A stretch of 64,000 nt of DNA, taken from contig CDLV01000007.1 of NCBI GenBank assembly GCA_001244265.2, positions 2,418,001-2,482,000 on the forward strand, in the 5' to 3' direction. Shown one piece after another: positions 24,001-37,961 of this stretch (its first letter is position 1; each line of letters opens with the position of its first letter). The position numbers and the translations under genes are program-made. Under the pieces are notes generated by a model that worked only from the letters and a program-made list of their open reading frames with translations, did no database searches and was not told the origin of the DNA. The DNA comes from Microbotryum violaceum (lineage: Eukaryota).

Positions 24001-26038
24001 CGCGAATGCGATCCATGACTTCTTGACGCCATTTCAGACGAACGACGAGCCCATATGGACCAGCGGACTCATCTTCCTCGACCACGAACTCGGTAGGAGG
24101 CATGTCAAACTTTGGAGCGCACGAGAGGTGAAAGGTTAGGACAAGTATGCCTGTGAATACCAGAGAGGTGTAAGCCACAAGGTCAGGTTGGTCGCACGTT
24201 TCCAACCGACGACGAATGAACTCATACCTGGCTCTGACGTGACATCAACATCGATAGAGTTGATATTTTGGAGTGAAATGTATAGTTTGCAATCCTTCGG
24301 TGTCGAGGCAGGTGAGGGCTCGGTGAGGTCGGTCGGGGGTTCGTACTCGGTCTCGAGAAAATCCTGAGCGATCCAGAAGAAGCGTGACTTGTCCCGCGTC
24401 ACCAGCACTTGTCCGTCCAGAGCCAAAGTATTGATTTCGAAAGGCTGCGCTCTGTTCCACAACCTCGTCTGCGCTAATCAGGACCACGTTCATACGAAGA
24501 CGTGTAGGGAGAGGAGATGACTTACCGCTCGTAAGATCCAGCCGCGATTATCGGTAACCACTTGTCACGTAGCTGCAATATCGGGAGCACCCGTCAGCAA
24601 CTGCTAAAGGAATTTCGACGAAAGTTGGCCCCGACTGCTGAGCTGCAATGCCCACCTCGTAGTAGTTGCCGCCGTTGAATTTCAGCAAATCCTCCTGCAT
24701 GCCGCCGTCTGGTCCGCCGAACTCCTTGCCACTGGAGGTCAGGGTCTCGATGTATGCGAAGCGCTCCTTCTTACTGGCGGGTAGCAAGCGATACGCTAAC
24801 TCGAAGATTGACACCGCCCAGAACCCGTCGCGGCTGTCTCGTATCATCTCGGACAGGCCTTGACTGAGCTGACAGGACTTGTATCAGCGACGGTATCACA
24901 GCACTTTGGGCTCGGAGATGCTTACGCCGACAAAAGCTTAAGCAAGGCGTTCTTGTTGGGCCGATGCTTGCTGATGAGTTCGCACATGGTCTCCATCGCC
25001 TGAGATTCATAGGGTTAGGGTCGGTGGTCCCCTATCGTCCCGCGTGCAGAGGATACGTGAGCTTACCGCCGACTGTACAAGAGGGTGCACATGGTTCGTG
25101 AGGGGACGGAGTAAATTCGCGAGCGCCTCGAGCCAGAGTTCGCCAATCATCTGTCGGTCTGTGGGAGAAATGGCAAAATCAGTACCACCAGGTCGCTTTG
25201 CATTCGAAAATATCTGACCGACATGGCTGATTGATAACCGCTTGGCCCGCTTGATCCGTCTCGTTCGTGATGTCGAGATGTAGCTAGCGCCGATCTCGGT
25301 GTGCGCGTCAGTGACTGTGTACAAGGCCAAGGCTGACATCAATCTCACCTTGAGAGCCTCAAGGATGTTCGCAACAACCAGATTCCACTCGTAATGTCGC
25401 TGCTTCAACTTCCCGGACTTGATCTGTCCACTCCTTCCTGTCTGATCGTCGCCAGACGCTGGTGCCCCTGGCGCAAGCTTGACGTGCACGAGGTGGGTCA
25501 TCACCGCACGAGCGGTCTTGAACATCAACCGAGCGTCGTCATCATTCGCTGGACGCTGTCCCGGGTACAACGACTTGAGAGATGCAATCAAGGCGTGAAT
25601 ATCGAATGGATTGGCATCCGAAGAGCTCTGTACCGGAAAGGTACAATTCGGTGGAAGCCCAACATAAGCACGTCAGCGTGCCGCGCGAATGTGGGGTAAG
25701 TTGGCCGGCCTGAGAAAAGGAGCTTTAAACTGGGCTGCCGCCCCCTTCAAGTCTAGTTGGAGATTGTGACTTTGAACAGCTGGTGACACGATCACTCGGG
25801 TGACTCGTTCGCTGCCTTGGGACCAGACTGTGTAACAACAGGCCCCTGCAGATGGTTTACTTGCCTCATGCTCCAGTAAGCTCTCCAGCAAGGGTCGAAG
25901 GTTGATGAGGCGTTGCACCGCCAGCGCGCGCGCGTCATTGACATCCGGCGTCACCTGAGGCGTCGCGTCGACGTCGGGCTGCTCGAGCGCTTGCAGTCGA
26001 CGAATGATGGCAGCGAGGTCGGACGAGTCGTCGCTCAT
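21011..26038 (-). CDS. Large multi-exon protein; candidate meiotic chromosome axis core protein (Red1/Rec10/SYCP2/ASY3-like)
   Basis: Helical N-terminus with ..IRDSRDGFWAVSIFELAYRLLP..; then NYYE|LRDKWLPIIAAGSYER|AQPFEINTLALDG..FFWIAQDF..LYISLQNINSIDV (PH-like); long charged disordered middle; C-terminal helical region SQLHGIVE|IILTTHESRCEFQLERLTAAQEAI..T|HRIAHAAERFHESTLVRMKAMGEKLIDLEKTGAQLVGKLV*. The gene is well supported; the family call is inference, and 5' exon boundaries and the start (26038 or 26083) are uncertain. Confidence 0.55.
23193..23232 (-). repeat. 12-bp tandem repeat (3+ copies of GGAGTGTCCTTC) encoding PKDT x3
   Basis: Directly visible; in frame as APKDTPKDTPKDTP in ORF 22985..24205. 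Confidence 0.9.
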
Positions 26039-26412
26039 CGTGGGTGCTTGAGTTGTATTTGACGTGGCAGCTAAACGGGACATGTTGCGTGCTTGCCAAA
26101 CTCGTTGATGGGGTGTTGGACGCGGCGTAAACGGCAGGAGCCTGAGCGCCTGAGCCTGAGCTGATCGGAGGATCCAAACGAAGCGTGTGCACTCCAGGTC
26201 GTACGAGCCCATCCCGGCGCCTTGCCCACTCACTCCGCCAGGTACTCTCACCACTCAGATATTATATATGGTGCATAAGAAAGATGCGGATGCGTTACAA
26301 GGGTTGCAATTCGTGATAGGTCTGCTCTGCTCAACAATCACATGCTTGGCTTACTACGACACATCAGTTCCCAATCCAATCAGCTAATCGTAAACTTCAC
26401 TCAACGCTTCCG

Positions 26413-28479
26413 TCACACGGTCGCATGGTCGTCTTCATATCTTTCGAGGTATCGGGCATACAGACTCGTAGCGAACGCCGGTCGCTGTGAGAACGAATGC
26501 ATACTTCCGAGTCAGTACTGAAAGCTCAACTATCAGCAGCGGTTTCCCTCGAACACGGCGTACCTGAATCAATTCATTCAGCGCTTTGATGAACTGTTTT
26601 TGATCCAGCGGCTCCTTCTCGTGTACACCGAGGCCAATCTGCGCTTTTTGGGCTGCAGCATCCACGACCTCCAAGGCTTCAGCTCGGTTCACACCCGGCG
26701 ACGAAGCGACCTTTTTCGCATCCGAAGTCGATGAAGGCACGGCGGGCGAAGCGGCCTTGCGAGGAGGTGTAGTGTCCGACGGCTTCGGCTTGGACTCGGT
26801 AGCAGGCGAGGGCGCCGGCTCTGTCGAGGTGGTTGATACTCTGATCGACTCTCGAGTCCGAACGGGCTTTTCAGCGGCGGGAGTAGTGGCCGGTGTACGT
26901 GGTCGAACGGGTGCGACTTCAGCGTGATCAGTCGTCGGGATTGAGTTGTCCCCGTTCTGCTTCGGTCTCGAACCGATGGGGGGCAGACTAGCGAACACGT
27001 CATGGCTCAACAGAGGAGCCGAGAAGAGGGACTTGTTCGCAGGGTTGGGCAAAGTCGCTGACCGAGTGGTAAGCGCCCCGGCTTGTGTGGTTGGCGAGGA
27101 AGAAGGCACGGCAGCGGAAGCGTGAGCGGGAGGTGCCGGCGCTACTGCTGGCGAGGGGTAGGTGGACGAGGCAGTAAGGATAGAGGGAATCGCTGCAAGA
27201 GATTCGGGTTTGGATTCACTACCAGCTGGCTTTGTAGCCGTGGACGGCTTTGCAGAGTGACCCAGCATCGCGAGAAGATCCCCTGCGTCCTGCGGTTTTG
27301 CTTGTGTCGTCGTCGGAGTTGTGGCAGGCTGCCAAGGAAGAGAGATACACCGATATGGGAAAGGTATAGCGAAGTTAGCAAGATGACCAGTTCAACGGAC
27401 GTTACAGCACTCACTGGAGCCAATGCGGACTTGAACAGCGTGTCGAGCAGATTGATACCCAACACGGGCGGCTGACTGGAGGCTTGCGGCGATGCCGGTT
27501 TCGGAGGCGATCGAGACGCTGCCGATGCCGCCGAGGACGCAAAGAGCATGTTGAGGGTCGAGGGGGTTCCTTTTGGGAGAACAGCAGGCGCGACTTGGGG
27601 CGAGGCAGCTGGCGAACGGGTGGAGTTATTCGCCGAGTTCGAGGGTGCGACGGAGGCAAACAGAAAATCGAGCGGAGAGGCCCTCACAGCCACGGCAGGG
27701 GCTTTAGCTCGAAGTCGTAACCTACAGTGATGAGATGGCTGCATCAGCACGTTTAGTCGACTATGTACCTGCACTGAACGCTCCAGATGAAAGCGCTCAC
27801 TCCTCCATCCTACGGCACAGCTCGATCCGGTCCTTCTCCTCGGCGACCCAGATTCCCGTAGCGCGATCTGTTCTCATTAGAGTTGGATCTCAGGTGTCAC
27901 AATTTCTGCCAATAAAGACAAGTCAACGCACCAGCATCAGGACGGGGCTCGTAAAGAATGAACTCGCCGTCGACGGTGACGTCGGACTCTTCAGTCAGGA
28001 ACTCCCGCGTGTACTCGAGGCCCTGTCGGTTCAACACGAAGAACCCATACAGTGGGGCTTGTGATCTGGGAGAAGTGAGAGAAGATCGAGGTCAGCACAA
28101 GTTCATGGACGGCTTAGACGATGCTTGGCTCGATATGAAACGGCGTGTGGCGACTGACCGAGAGAAGAGGAACATGGGGCCTTCGATACCTGTCTTGATC
28201 TGTGGACTCAGGCATACCACGCATATTTTCGTGTTGTCAATACGAGAGACTAGGAATGGTGCAGAGCCTGCAGCTCGCGACGCAGGCGGATCCACCATAA
28301 ATAATCCCGCCCCGGGTGCGCTCTGACAAAGGGGCACGCACCCATTCGGCGCCGTCATTGTAGTATACCGTGACATAGGACGTGCTCGAGACAATGTCTT
28401 CGATGGTCGGGTCGTGGCGTTGCAGGTTGCGCAGATTAATTTCGGCTTTGGTCGCCTCAATTTTGGCCAGCATCGACAT
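26413..28479 (-). CDS. DCP1: mRNA decapping enzyme subunit Dcp1 (EVH1 domain plus long C-terminal extension)
   Basis: INLRNLQRHDPTIEDIVSSTSYVTVY..W|IKTGIEGPMFLFSR, PLYGFFVLNRQG, GIWV..EKDRI. The C-terminus splices to LDQKQFIKALNELIQ|RPAFATSLYARYLERYEDDHATV*. Confidence 0.92.
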
Positions 28480-29970
28480 CGGGAATCTGGTCTTTCCTTA
28501 AGGGTGGAGGCGGGAGGGGAGACCTGCCAGAGTGTTTCGGGACGTGATACTTCTTGAGGGTCCAGCAGGATCCGAGATGGCTTGATGTGATGAGCAGAAT
28601 TGTAGGTATTGATGGAATGGAGGAACAAGGAGAACGACGAGACCGAAAGTCCCGCTCAACCTTGTTCCCCCCACATCTACACGGGCAAGCACGGGCACGG
28701 GCGGCGGGCGGCCTCAGTGCGAATCAGCGCCGCTTCCGAGTTGCCGTAATCAAGTTAACTGCCGAAAGAGCACATCCCGGGTCGGCCGTGACGATTGTGG
28801 TGATCTCACATCATTCCACCTGTAGCAGTTAAGGTCTCGCCACCTTGGCACATGACTCAGATGTCCAGCGCTTCCTCGTGCCTTTTCTCTAACGACTCAC
28901 AGTGACTCGATGGCGTCGAAAGACTTCGTTTTAAGACTCAAAATGGAGAGTAGCTACACATCATAGGTTGCCTATCAATGCCGCAGTTCAGCATGATGCC
29001 CGGCACTGCCCAGTTGTGCACTCCTACCGGCCGGCCGCCCTGGACAATAGGGGGAGGGCCGAGATGATCAAATTCGGCACCATAAAGAGGTAAATCGCGC
29101 GCATGCACCACGTCTCGTTTTTGCCCCTATGCGAGCGTCTGTTCGAGCATCGCGCTTACGCGAGCACGGCCACAGTCGTCTGGTTCAGGTCTCAAATTGT
29201 GGTCTAACTCGTCTCTGACCACATGACCATCTACCAGCCAGATTCTCGTCCCTCCGGCCACATCTGGCGGTTTCAGAGAGTCGACAACGGAGACTGAGAC
29301 GGAACCGACCCAAGGTTGGAGCAGGATTTGCCTATCCGTGCAGCTTTGACTTTGTAATCGATCGTGTTCTACCCCGCGCGATCGATGCGCTGCCTGCCCT
29401 AGCAATTCACTGTTTGCCCGGCTCGCGTCAGGTGTCGGCTGGCGGCTGGCAGCGCCGGTGCGGCGGTGGCGAGCGGTGCCAGTCGGCTGCAGTCGGTCGG
29501 TGCCTCTCGGAGCCTCTCGAGCGAAACCAACGGCCAACTGTTGCTTGCGCCGCTGCTCCTGTCGCTTGCACATCTTCACTCCACAAGACGGACCAGTTCG
29601 GCTCTCGAAGACACACGGTATCTGCTCCACGCCGATTGCTGATCATCTCTCACCACACGACACGCTTTTTTCGCACACGCGTTGGCGATTCGGTTTCGGT
29701 GTCGGAGCCAGAAAGTGGTTAGTCGCGGACGGTGGACGGACTATTTGTCGTCGGAGTGGCATGGCTTGGCTGACACCCAGAATGGACGACGTCGACCGAC
29801 GCCTCCCTCCCCTCCCCTCCCCTCAGCTCCTTGCGGCCTCATATTCACCTTGCCAGGCCCCAGCACGAAGACATGTCGGCACAGTAATCAAATCATCGAC
29901 CCCTGCTCCCCAAAACGTGACTCGACCTTTGATCTCGGCGTCGACCCGTCCCGTTGCTGGCTCTTGAGCA

Positions 29971-32900
29971 ATGGACTCACAGGCGCAGCGTCGCCCTCAG
30001 GCGCGTCGGGCAGCCCCTTCGCGCCGAGCCGCGCGCATCCCAAACGAGCTCGAGCTGGAGCGCGAGCCTCCACCGCTGCCGGTGCCGCCGCCGCCTCCGC
30101 CGCCGCTGCCGTCGCCGAACTACAACCACAACCACGAGCCCGGGCCATCGTCGTCGCCTAGGCCTGCGTCGTCGACTGCGTTGAGCCCGAGCTCGAGGTC
30201 AACCTCGTTCGTTTCGTTGCCATCACCGCCATCAACGGCCATGCTCGTCACCATCGTCTTGCTGGTTTCAACGGGGGCCGTGCTGTACGTGTCGCTGCAA
30301 TCGGGCTTGAGATATCCGGCTGCCACGCGCCCGAGTACCAAAACGGGCCGCCGAAAACAGCAGAATTTGGTCAAGGCCGTCGCTGCAGCGCAACAAGCGA
30401 CAAGAACAAAATCGGTCACCACTACGAGTCAGGCTACTTCGGCCTCTAGTGATATTGGCGCAGGACCGCACATGAATGCATCGAACTCGACGACGACGAC
30501 GACGACCGCGACGACGGACGACCTCGCCGGTGGAGGTCCGACGCGGAACCAAAGCGGAGACGAAGCAAGGATCAGCGATTCGGAGGCCACGACCGAAGGC
30601 TGGATCCCAGCATGCGTAGCCGCCGTGTTCGTTTTGATTACTTCGTCATTACCCTGGAGTCGGATACCGAGGGTTTCGACGCCTTTCCCTGTCGACCAAA
30701 TCGCCCCAAGCCCGCCCCAAGTCTCGAATGCGCGATCCGAAGACGTCGGGGCAGCAGACCGATCATCCTTGTCGCCGCCGAAACAGAGGCCATCTCAGGG
30801 TTTGCCAGGGCGAAAGTCGTCTAACCGCAAGGGAAAAGGCGGTCTTACCCTAGCCTCGTTGTCCGGGCTGACCGCTTTATCACCAGGTCCGTCTCCGCAT
30901 CGCTCAACTTTTCCATCGGTGCCGCCGACATCCGCATCCGAGGACGCAGATACCATCACTACTCCACGCGAAGGCAAGAGCGATGGACCGACACCACCCA
31001 TCATCACGATTGCCGCCAGTTCCCCCAAAGACCTCGAGGAAGCAGGCTCGAGCTCGACGCGAGGGCGGTGGCCCACAACGCGACCTGTCTTGTGCGATGC
31101 TTCGGTACAAACCTCCCCGATACTAGGCGCGATTCCGGCCGAAGGTTCGGTACTCCCCAATCTCGAAGACCTGGACGTGATGTCAGAAGGCACGTCACTG
31201 CAACTTTTCACCCCCAATGGCCTCAATCTCCACACATCATTCGAGCACACGCTGCAGCTTGGTCAAAGGCAATTTGGCCCCGCCCCAAACTCCGACAGGT
31301 CCTCTTCTCCGATCGACGCCACCGTCGCCTCTCGCGCAGATTCGATCAATTTTGGGACAGCACCTCCTTCCCCTTCGACTGCTCCCACAACCCCGGCGAC
31401 GACACATTCCCAGCTTCGTCGTCCGAGAAACGGTGCGCCGCGTAGCATAGCCCTGGAGAGCACTGGCACTGTGAGTCATGTACTTGAGGCTCTAACTGAG
31501 TTTTATTTTGGTTCAACCGACTGATCTGTTTCTGATGATTTCAACCCTGACTTCGCAGACGGACTACAGCGGAAGCAGCCAGGGCCCGGAGAGTAGCAAT
31601 GGCGCTGGGAGCGCACCGTTGAGCCCTGTGCACGCTGGCCCGGCTCTCTTAACCGTGCTCGATCTCGACGCGAGGTGGAGCCGAGGCCGAGATGGCACGA
31701 GTCAGGTTTCACTCCCCGGCTCTCACAAACACTCCATTAATGGACATACGGACTCCACCCACACCACAACCTCCTTTTCTCCCAACGACCGACGACCTCC
31801 GCCCTTGTCTCGGTCCATGTCCTCACCTAGCACACCATCATCGGAAACGCGCCGAGCCGCCGGAGGTAGCAAGTCATCGTCCCATCGCAAATCACCGAGC
31901 GTCGTCAACGGCGCCGGTCGACAATTGCGACTAGACGACCCTTACTGGAAGACCGGGCAGACCGGGCAGATGGACCTTGCGATCGATGGCAGCTCTGCTG
32001 GAATGGCGACACGAGGACCCCTGTTCCGCTTACCTTCGGAGATTGTTCATCACGACTCGCCGAAGCTGGCTCGTGAGGATGCAGGCGGGGGTCTTGGGGG
32101 ATATTGCGGCCCCAACACAACCACAAATCGCCTTGACTATGCTTCGTCTTCCGAGTGGGCAAGTCCCCACTCGTCTCCAGCTCCGAAGCGCTCGCAACTC
32201 TCCCGGTCCGCCCAGCAAAACGCCTCTGCTTCCGAATACTGGGAGGCTGCCGATGGTCGATGGCCACAGAACGTGATCGCGTCCGGCCTCGCCTCAAGTG
32301 GCGGTCAAGCCTCGGCCCCCCCGGGCCAAAACCAGCATTTTGGAAGCAATGGCGGCGCGACGCAGTTGGAGACACAAGCTGCTGCCTCACGGCACCCGGC
32401 AGGTTCGTTCGGCTTCTCTCCAATCACGCCTTCTCAGGCCACAACGTCGTTTTACCCGCCAGGTTTTCATCTCATAGCCGACCACAACAACTATGGAGTG
32501 GCTGTTCATCCTTCGCCGCTTTCTTCGCCGAGCATGCTGCAATCGATGGCTCAGCAACAGCAACAGCAGCAGATGCACCAGCAAATACAGCAGCAGATGC
32601 AGCAACAGATGCAGCAACTCCATGCCCAGCAGACGTTTCAGCAAGCGCAGGCGCAGGCGCAGCACGTCTTGGCACTTGAAGCGCAAGTTCATCAGCTCAG
32701 TTTGCGACACCAGCAGCTCTCACAGATCGAGCGGGCACGACTGGAAGCGGAACAGCATCAACAGCACCGTTCGATCCTTCTGGCCCAAGCAATGGTCGAT
32801 GGTTCCCTTTGCCAAACCGCATCTACAACCTCGAATACCGCGTCTGCTGACCAGATGCACGCCCCAACCCTGCATTCAGGGGCTGCTGCCGCCGCCGCCA

Positions 32901-34783
32901 CGCCCAAGCCGCCTGTAGATGCCCTCGTCTACCCGATCTCGAGCTCTTCGAACGGCTCCGATTGGACTCCGCCGTTGATCGGATCAGCGACATCCACCGC
33001 GTTCCCCAGCTCGTCCTTGCTACTGTCTCCAACTTCGACATTCCCGTCGACGTCGGTCGGAGCGTATCCAGCTTCTCTGAGCGCTGCACCGGCTTTCTCC
33101 AACGGGCTGGCTTACAGTATGCCGCACCTTTTCAATGCGCAAACGGTCGCGAGCATGAGCGTGTTATCAGCCTCGATCCAGCACCAGCAGCTGCGCAGCG
33201 TCCTGCCTCCGCCATCAATTCCCCAGCGGCCGAACAACCAACGGCGCATGTCCGCCGGTCGGAATGGGAACGATCGCAATCGCTCCACTTCCAACGCAGC
33301 AGCTCTTTCCGCTTTCGCCTTTTCGAATACCGACCGCTCCTCGCTCGAGTGGCAAGAGGCCTTCAAGTCCAAAGTCAAGGCAGTCGAAATGGATGCAGAG
33401 CGGACTGCCAAGGAGCTGGAGATTGCTCGCTGGCGCTTGATCGTGCTTGAGGAAGAGCAGCACAACCTAGAGGTCGAGGTAGGATCATTGACTAAGTGTC
33501 GGTTTTTACGATGTCGCATCTTACTCATATCCGATTTGTTCCGTTTCCGACCCCCTCCCCGGTTGAACAGAACCAAGAAGCGCTACGGGCACTGGCGAAC
33601 CGAGCAATGCGAGCAGAGGCAAGACTCAAGGCCATCGACAACAGTCGCCACGAAGCCTCGTCGACGTCGGAATCTGGCTCTCCCAAGGCTCAAGCGTCCA
33701 GCTTGACGGTGACGGAAATCGGTGTCAGTGCGAGTCGCCGCAAGTACAGCGCGGAGCATATGGGTGATAGCCAGGTGAGTGGAGACGAGCACGCTTCTTT
33801 GCTCGTGTATTGGAACGCCCGTGCTGACTTCACAGCCCTTCCCGACGCGGCTATAGACGCATCCCTTGAGCTACATTGATCTTGACTCGGTTTCCTTCGG
33901 AGTCACCCCGCTGCCTTCGACCCACTCGAGCCGCCCGCCGCTCTCGAACGAATGTCGCCGCAGCAGTCGCCGAACATCGGATCCCTCACTCCCCGGAAAG
34001 CAGCAGCGACGAAGCAGCCAGAACAGTCGTCGTCGCTCCACAGCCACTTTCCCCAACACCCACCAAGCGGATGCCGCCGCCGCCGACCCCGACGACGATG
34101 ACGATCTCGTTATCGTGCTCAACACACCGACCAGGTCGCACAGGCTCGTGTCACGACCCGACCAGGCGTCGTACCCTACCGCCTTGGCCTCATCATCGTC
34201 TAAAGGTGGCGCTGAAAGTTATCGCGAAGGCGAGTCTCTGACGCTGATCGACGAAGACCAGGTCTCCAGTATCGACGCCGACGACTTCGGAGGACCGCGC
34301 ACTCGAGCCAGCAGCATCGTCGAGACCATCTCTGGTCCTGGGTACATTGGTTCGCTCCCAACTTTCCTCTCCCCGCGATGGGCGCCTCCCGGAGGAACTT
34401 TGTCTTTGACCCCAAATCCCGGCGGCTCAGGCAAGGAGTCACCCAATCTCGGCTCCAATAGTGACTCTAGCTTCGACATCAGTCCGAGGTGTCGCATTGA
34501 GGCCCTGCCCGAAGAGCCAAGCCCCCCTCAGCTGGACCACCAACAATCGACAACGAACTCGTCGCCGCCGCTTTGCACACAGGACGCCTCCGATGTCCGG
34601 CCATCAAAGCTTAACGTTCCGGATGGTGCTGTGAAGGACCAGACGATTGGTCAGCTCGCCCATCCCCGCGCCTTCATCGAGCGACATGACTCGAGCGAGC
34701 GCACACCACGTGTCGGGGCAGGCGACCCTGCTTTCTCCGCCGTGCCGGATGCGATTGTGGAAGATCGACCGACGGGTGATTGA
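29971..34783 (+). CDS. Large low-complexity protein of unknown function with N-terminal hydrophobic segments, poly-Q tract and coiled coil; 4 exons
   Basis: Long ORFs 29971-31524, 31508-33706 and 33866-34783 joined by GT-AG introns. Hydrophobic segments MLVTIVLLVSTGAVLYVSL and WIPACVAAVFVLITSSLPW; QQQQQQQMHQQIQQQMQQQ; coiled coil EAFKSKVKAVEMDAERTAKELEIARWRLIVLEEEQHNLEVE|NQEALRALANRAMRAEARLK. Confidence 0.75.
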
Positions 34784-35248
34784 AGGGCCGTTGGTTTAAA
34801 TCTTACCCACCTTTTCCAAGTCGACATCTCCTCGGTCTTGCTCTCGGCCACAGCAGTGGCGTTTTCCTACCCTCGCCGGGCGACCATCCGTCTTGCAATC
34901 TTTCATTCGACGTCCCGCAACTGTGCTCGTGTTGTAAAATTGCTTTACCCCTGCAGTAAGACCCGAGAACAATATGCAACCGCAATATATACACTTTTTT
35001 TTACCATTGAAAGCATTACCCCGTTCTTCGTTGGGAAACCTTTTAAGCTTGCCAGCGAAACATTTCTCTCGCTGTGCCGGAGATACACTTCGCACGTGCC
35101 ACTTACTATATTGACACTTTCGCTTGCTCGCAAAGACGCAGCAAGAGCGGACAGAAACCAAAAATAGTGACGTTTCAATCAACAAGGACAACATAGAAGA
35201 TCCAAAAAAAAACAGGAGGACAAAAGATGAACGAGATCTCGAGAGACT

Positions 35249-36297
<1,049 letters not shown>

Positions 36298-37961
36298 GGT
36301 GAGGGATGTGAGGGGGAGGAAGGAAAGAGTCGTACAGGCGGAGACAGCGAGGGTGAACGTGGTGGCAGAGCGAAGAAAAAATCGGGCACACAGCCGTGAC
36401 TGGTTTTGAACGCTTTGAGCGTTCGTAAGCCCTGTTTGACGCCATTCGGGGGTGGCACCTAACTCGAGGCAAGTCAGCGGCGGCAGTTCTTCCAGTTTCG
36501 AGAGCTGAGCAGCGATGTCGAAAGTCGATGGGAGGGCAGCGCGCGAGCAAACCGTCTAGTCGGTCGCGCACGTAGGATCGAAGCCGGCAAGGCGGGCTCG
36601 CGGCGCGAGGCCGGCCGTGCGCACGTGTTTAGCCTCGAACAAAAGAAATTCTATGCTTTCTTCAGAAGCTGAACCTGCGAGATGGTACCGGTGCACAGCC
36701 AGTAGTGAAGAAGGTCCGAATTGAGGAACTTTTGATTCGTCGGGGTGTGGTGCACACACGGTGACCGCGTCGAGGGCATGGCAGAGTGCAAAAGTTCTTT
36801 TGAAAAAGTCATCTGCAAGAATTAGCAGTCCGGGCTACCACCGAAACCAACCTGAAACGCGTTCTTCAGTCTTCTCGACAGCAGATCTTTGTGGCTCCAG
36901 CCGTTCTTGGAGTGACTTTTCCTCGACAAAAGAGTGCCTGCATGCAGTGGACTGGGCACGGACGCTGAAGAACAGGCTGCGCTTTGAGTACAACGTTTTG
37001 CAACTTCGTCTGGGATTTTGACTGAATCACTTCGACCCTTTAAGTTAGGGTCGCCTTGCACGGGGTCTTTTAGCCCATGAACGAAGGTTGCATGATCTAC
37101 TGCGCACTTCAGATGATCAAGGTCGGTGTTCGTACTTCCCGGCGTGTTCATGCCACTGCTCGAGCTCGCTCAAATGTCAAAATCACCCTCTTAGATTCGA
37201 CAGAGCTGGGCTCACGACCTACCTATCTGCATGAGGAGCTCTGCTCGTAACATCGCCCTCGTCCGAAGCTCTTGGAACATAGTACCAAATGCCTGAGCGC
37301 TCGCAGCGAGCTCGCTGGTTGGCTGCCGCTGCCGGCGAGATCACCTTATCGCCGCTATCAGCGGATCCGGCCCGAGCGCAGATCAAGCCAAGCCCAGCCA
37401 GGCCAGCCTGTCGAAGTTCTGTACGGGGTTTGGGGTCATCGGTGCAGTGTGAGGGCGATCCGTCGAGCGCCAGGCATGAGAGCAGATGAATGGTAACGGT
37501 ACATCCCATCCTTGATATAGCCTACACAGATGGCAGCAGATTCGGGCTGTCCCGTGTTTCTCCGGCGCTTTCGATCGGAGCGATCGGAGCCGAGCTCTAA
37601 GAGTCGCGATAGAGGCTGAGGCGCTGTGGCGCTGAGGGACGAGGGCGGCAGGTCGCTTTATAGCTGTCGGGGCGATCTACATCCTTCTGTCGTAACCCTA
37701 CCCCCCACCAACCTCACAAGATCGGTACCTGTACGTCTCGGTTGAGCGTAAACTTCCGCATACCTCGGCCGTAGACTGTAGACAGAGGCAGAGTACTCGA
37801 ACCAGAGCTGACGAGCGTATGACTCTGTCCCCTCTCGATTTCGTCATTATCGCTGGATTTCACTTCGGCCTCTCAAGATCTCAAGCGCGGCGCCGCCCTT
37901 TCGCCTTCTCACAAAAAGCCCCTCTCACCGCACCTTACCCGGCCCACAAGTCGCCGCAGCC

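Noticed and set aside
36560-37700. Short ORFs between H3 and the GRGGxGN gene, checked for a histone H4 partner
   Set aside because: No H4 sequence (SGRGKGGKGLGKGG...) and no recognisable protein.
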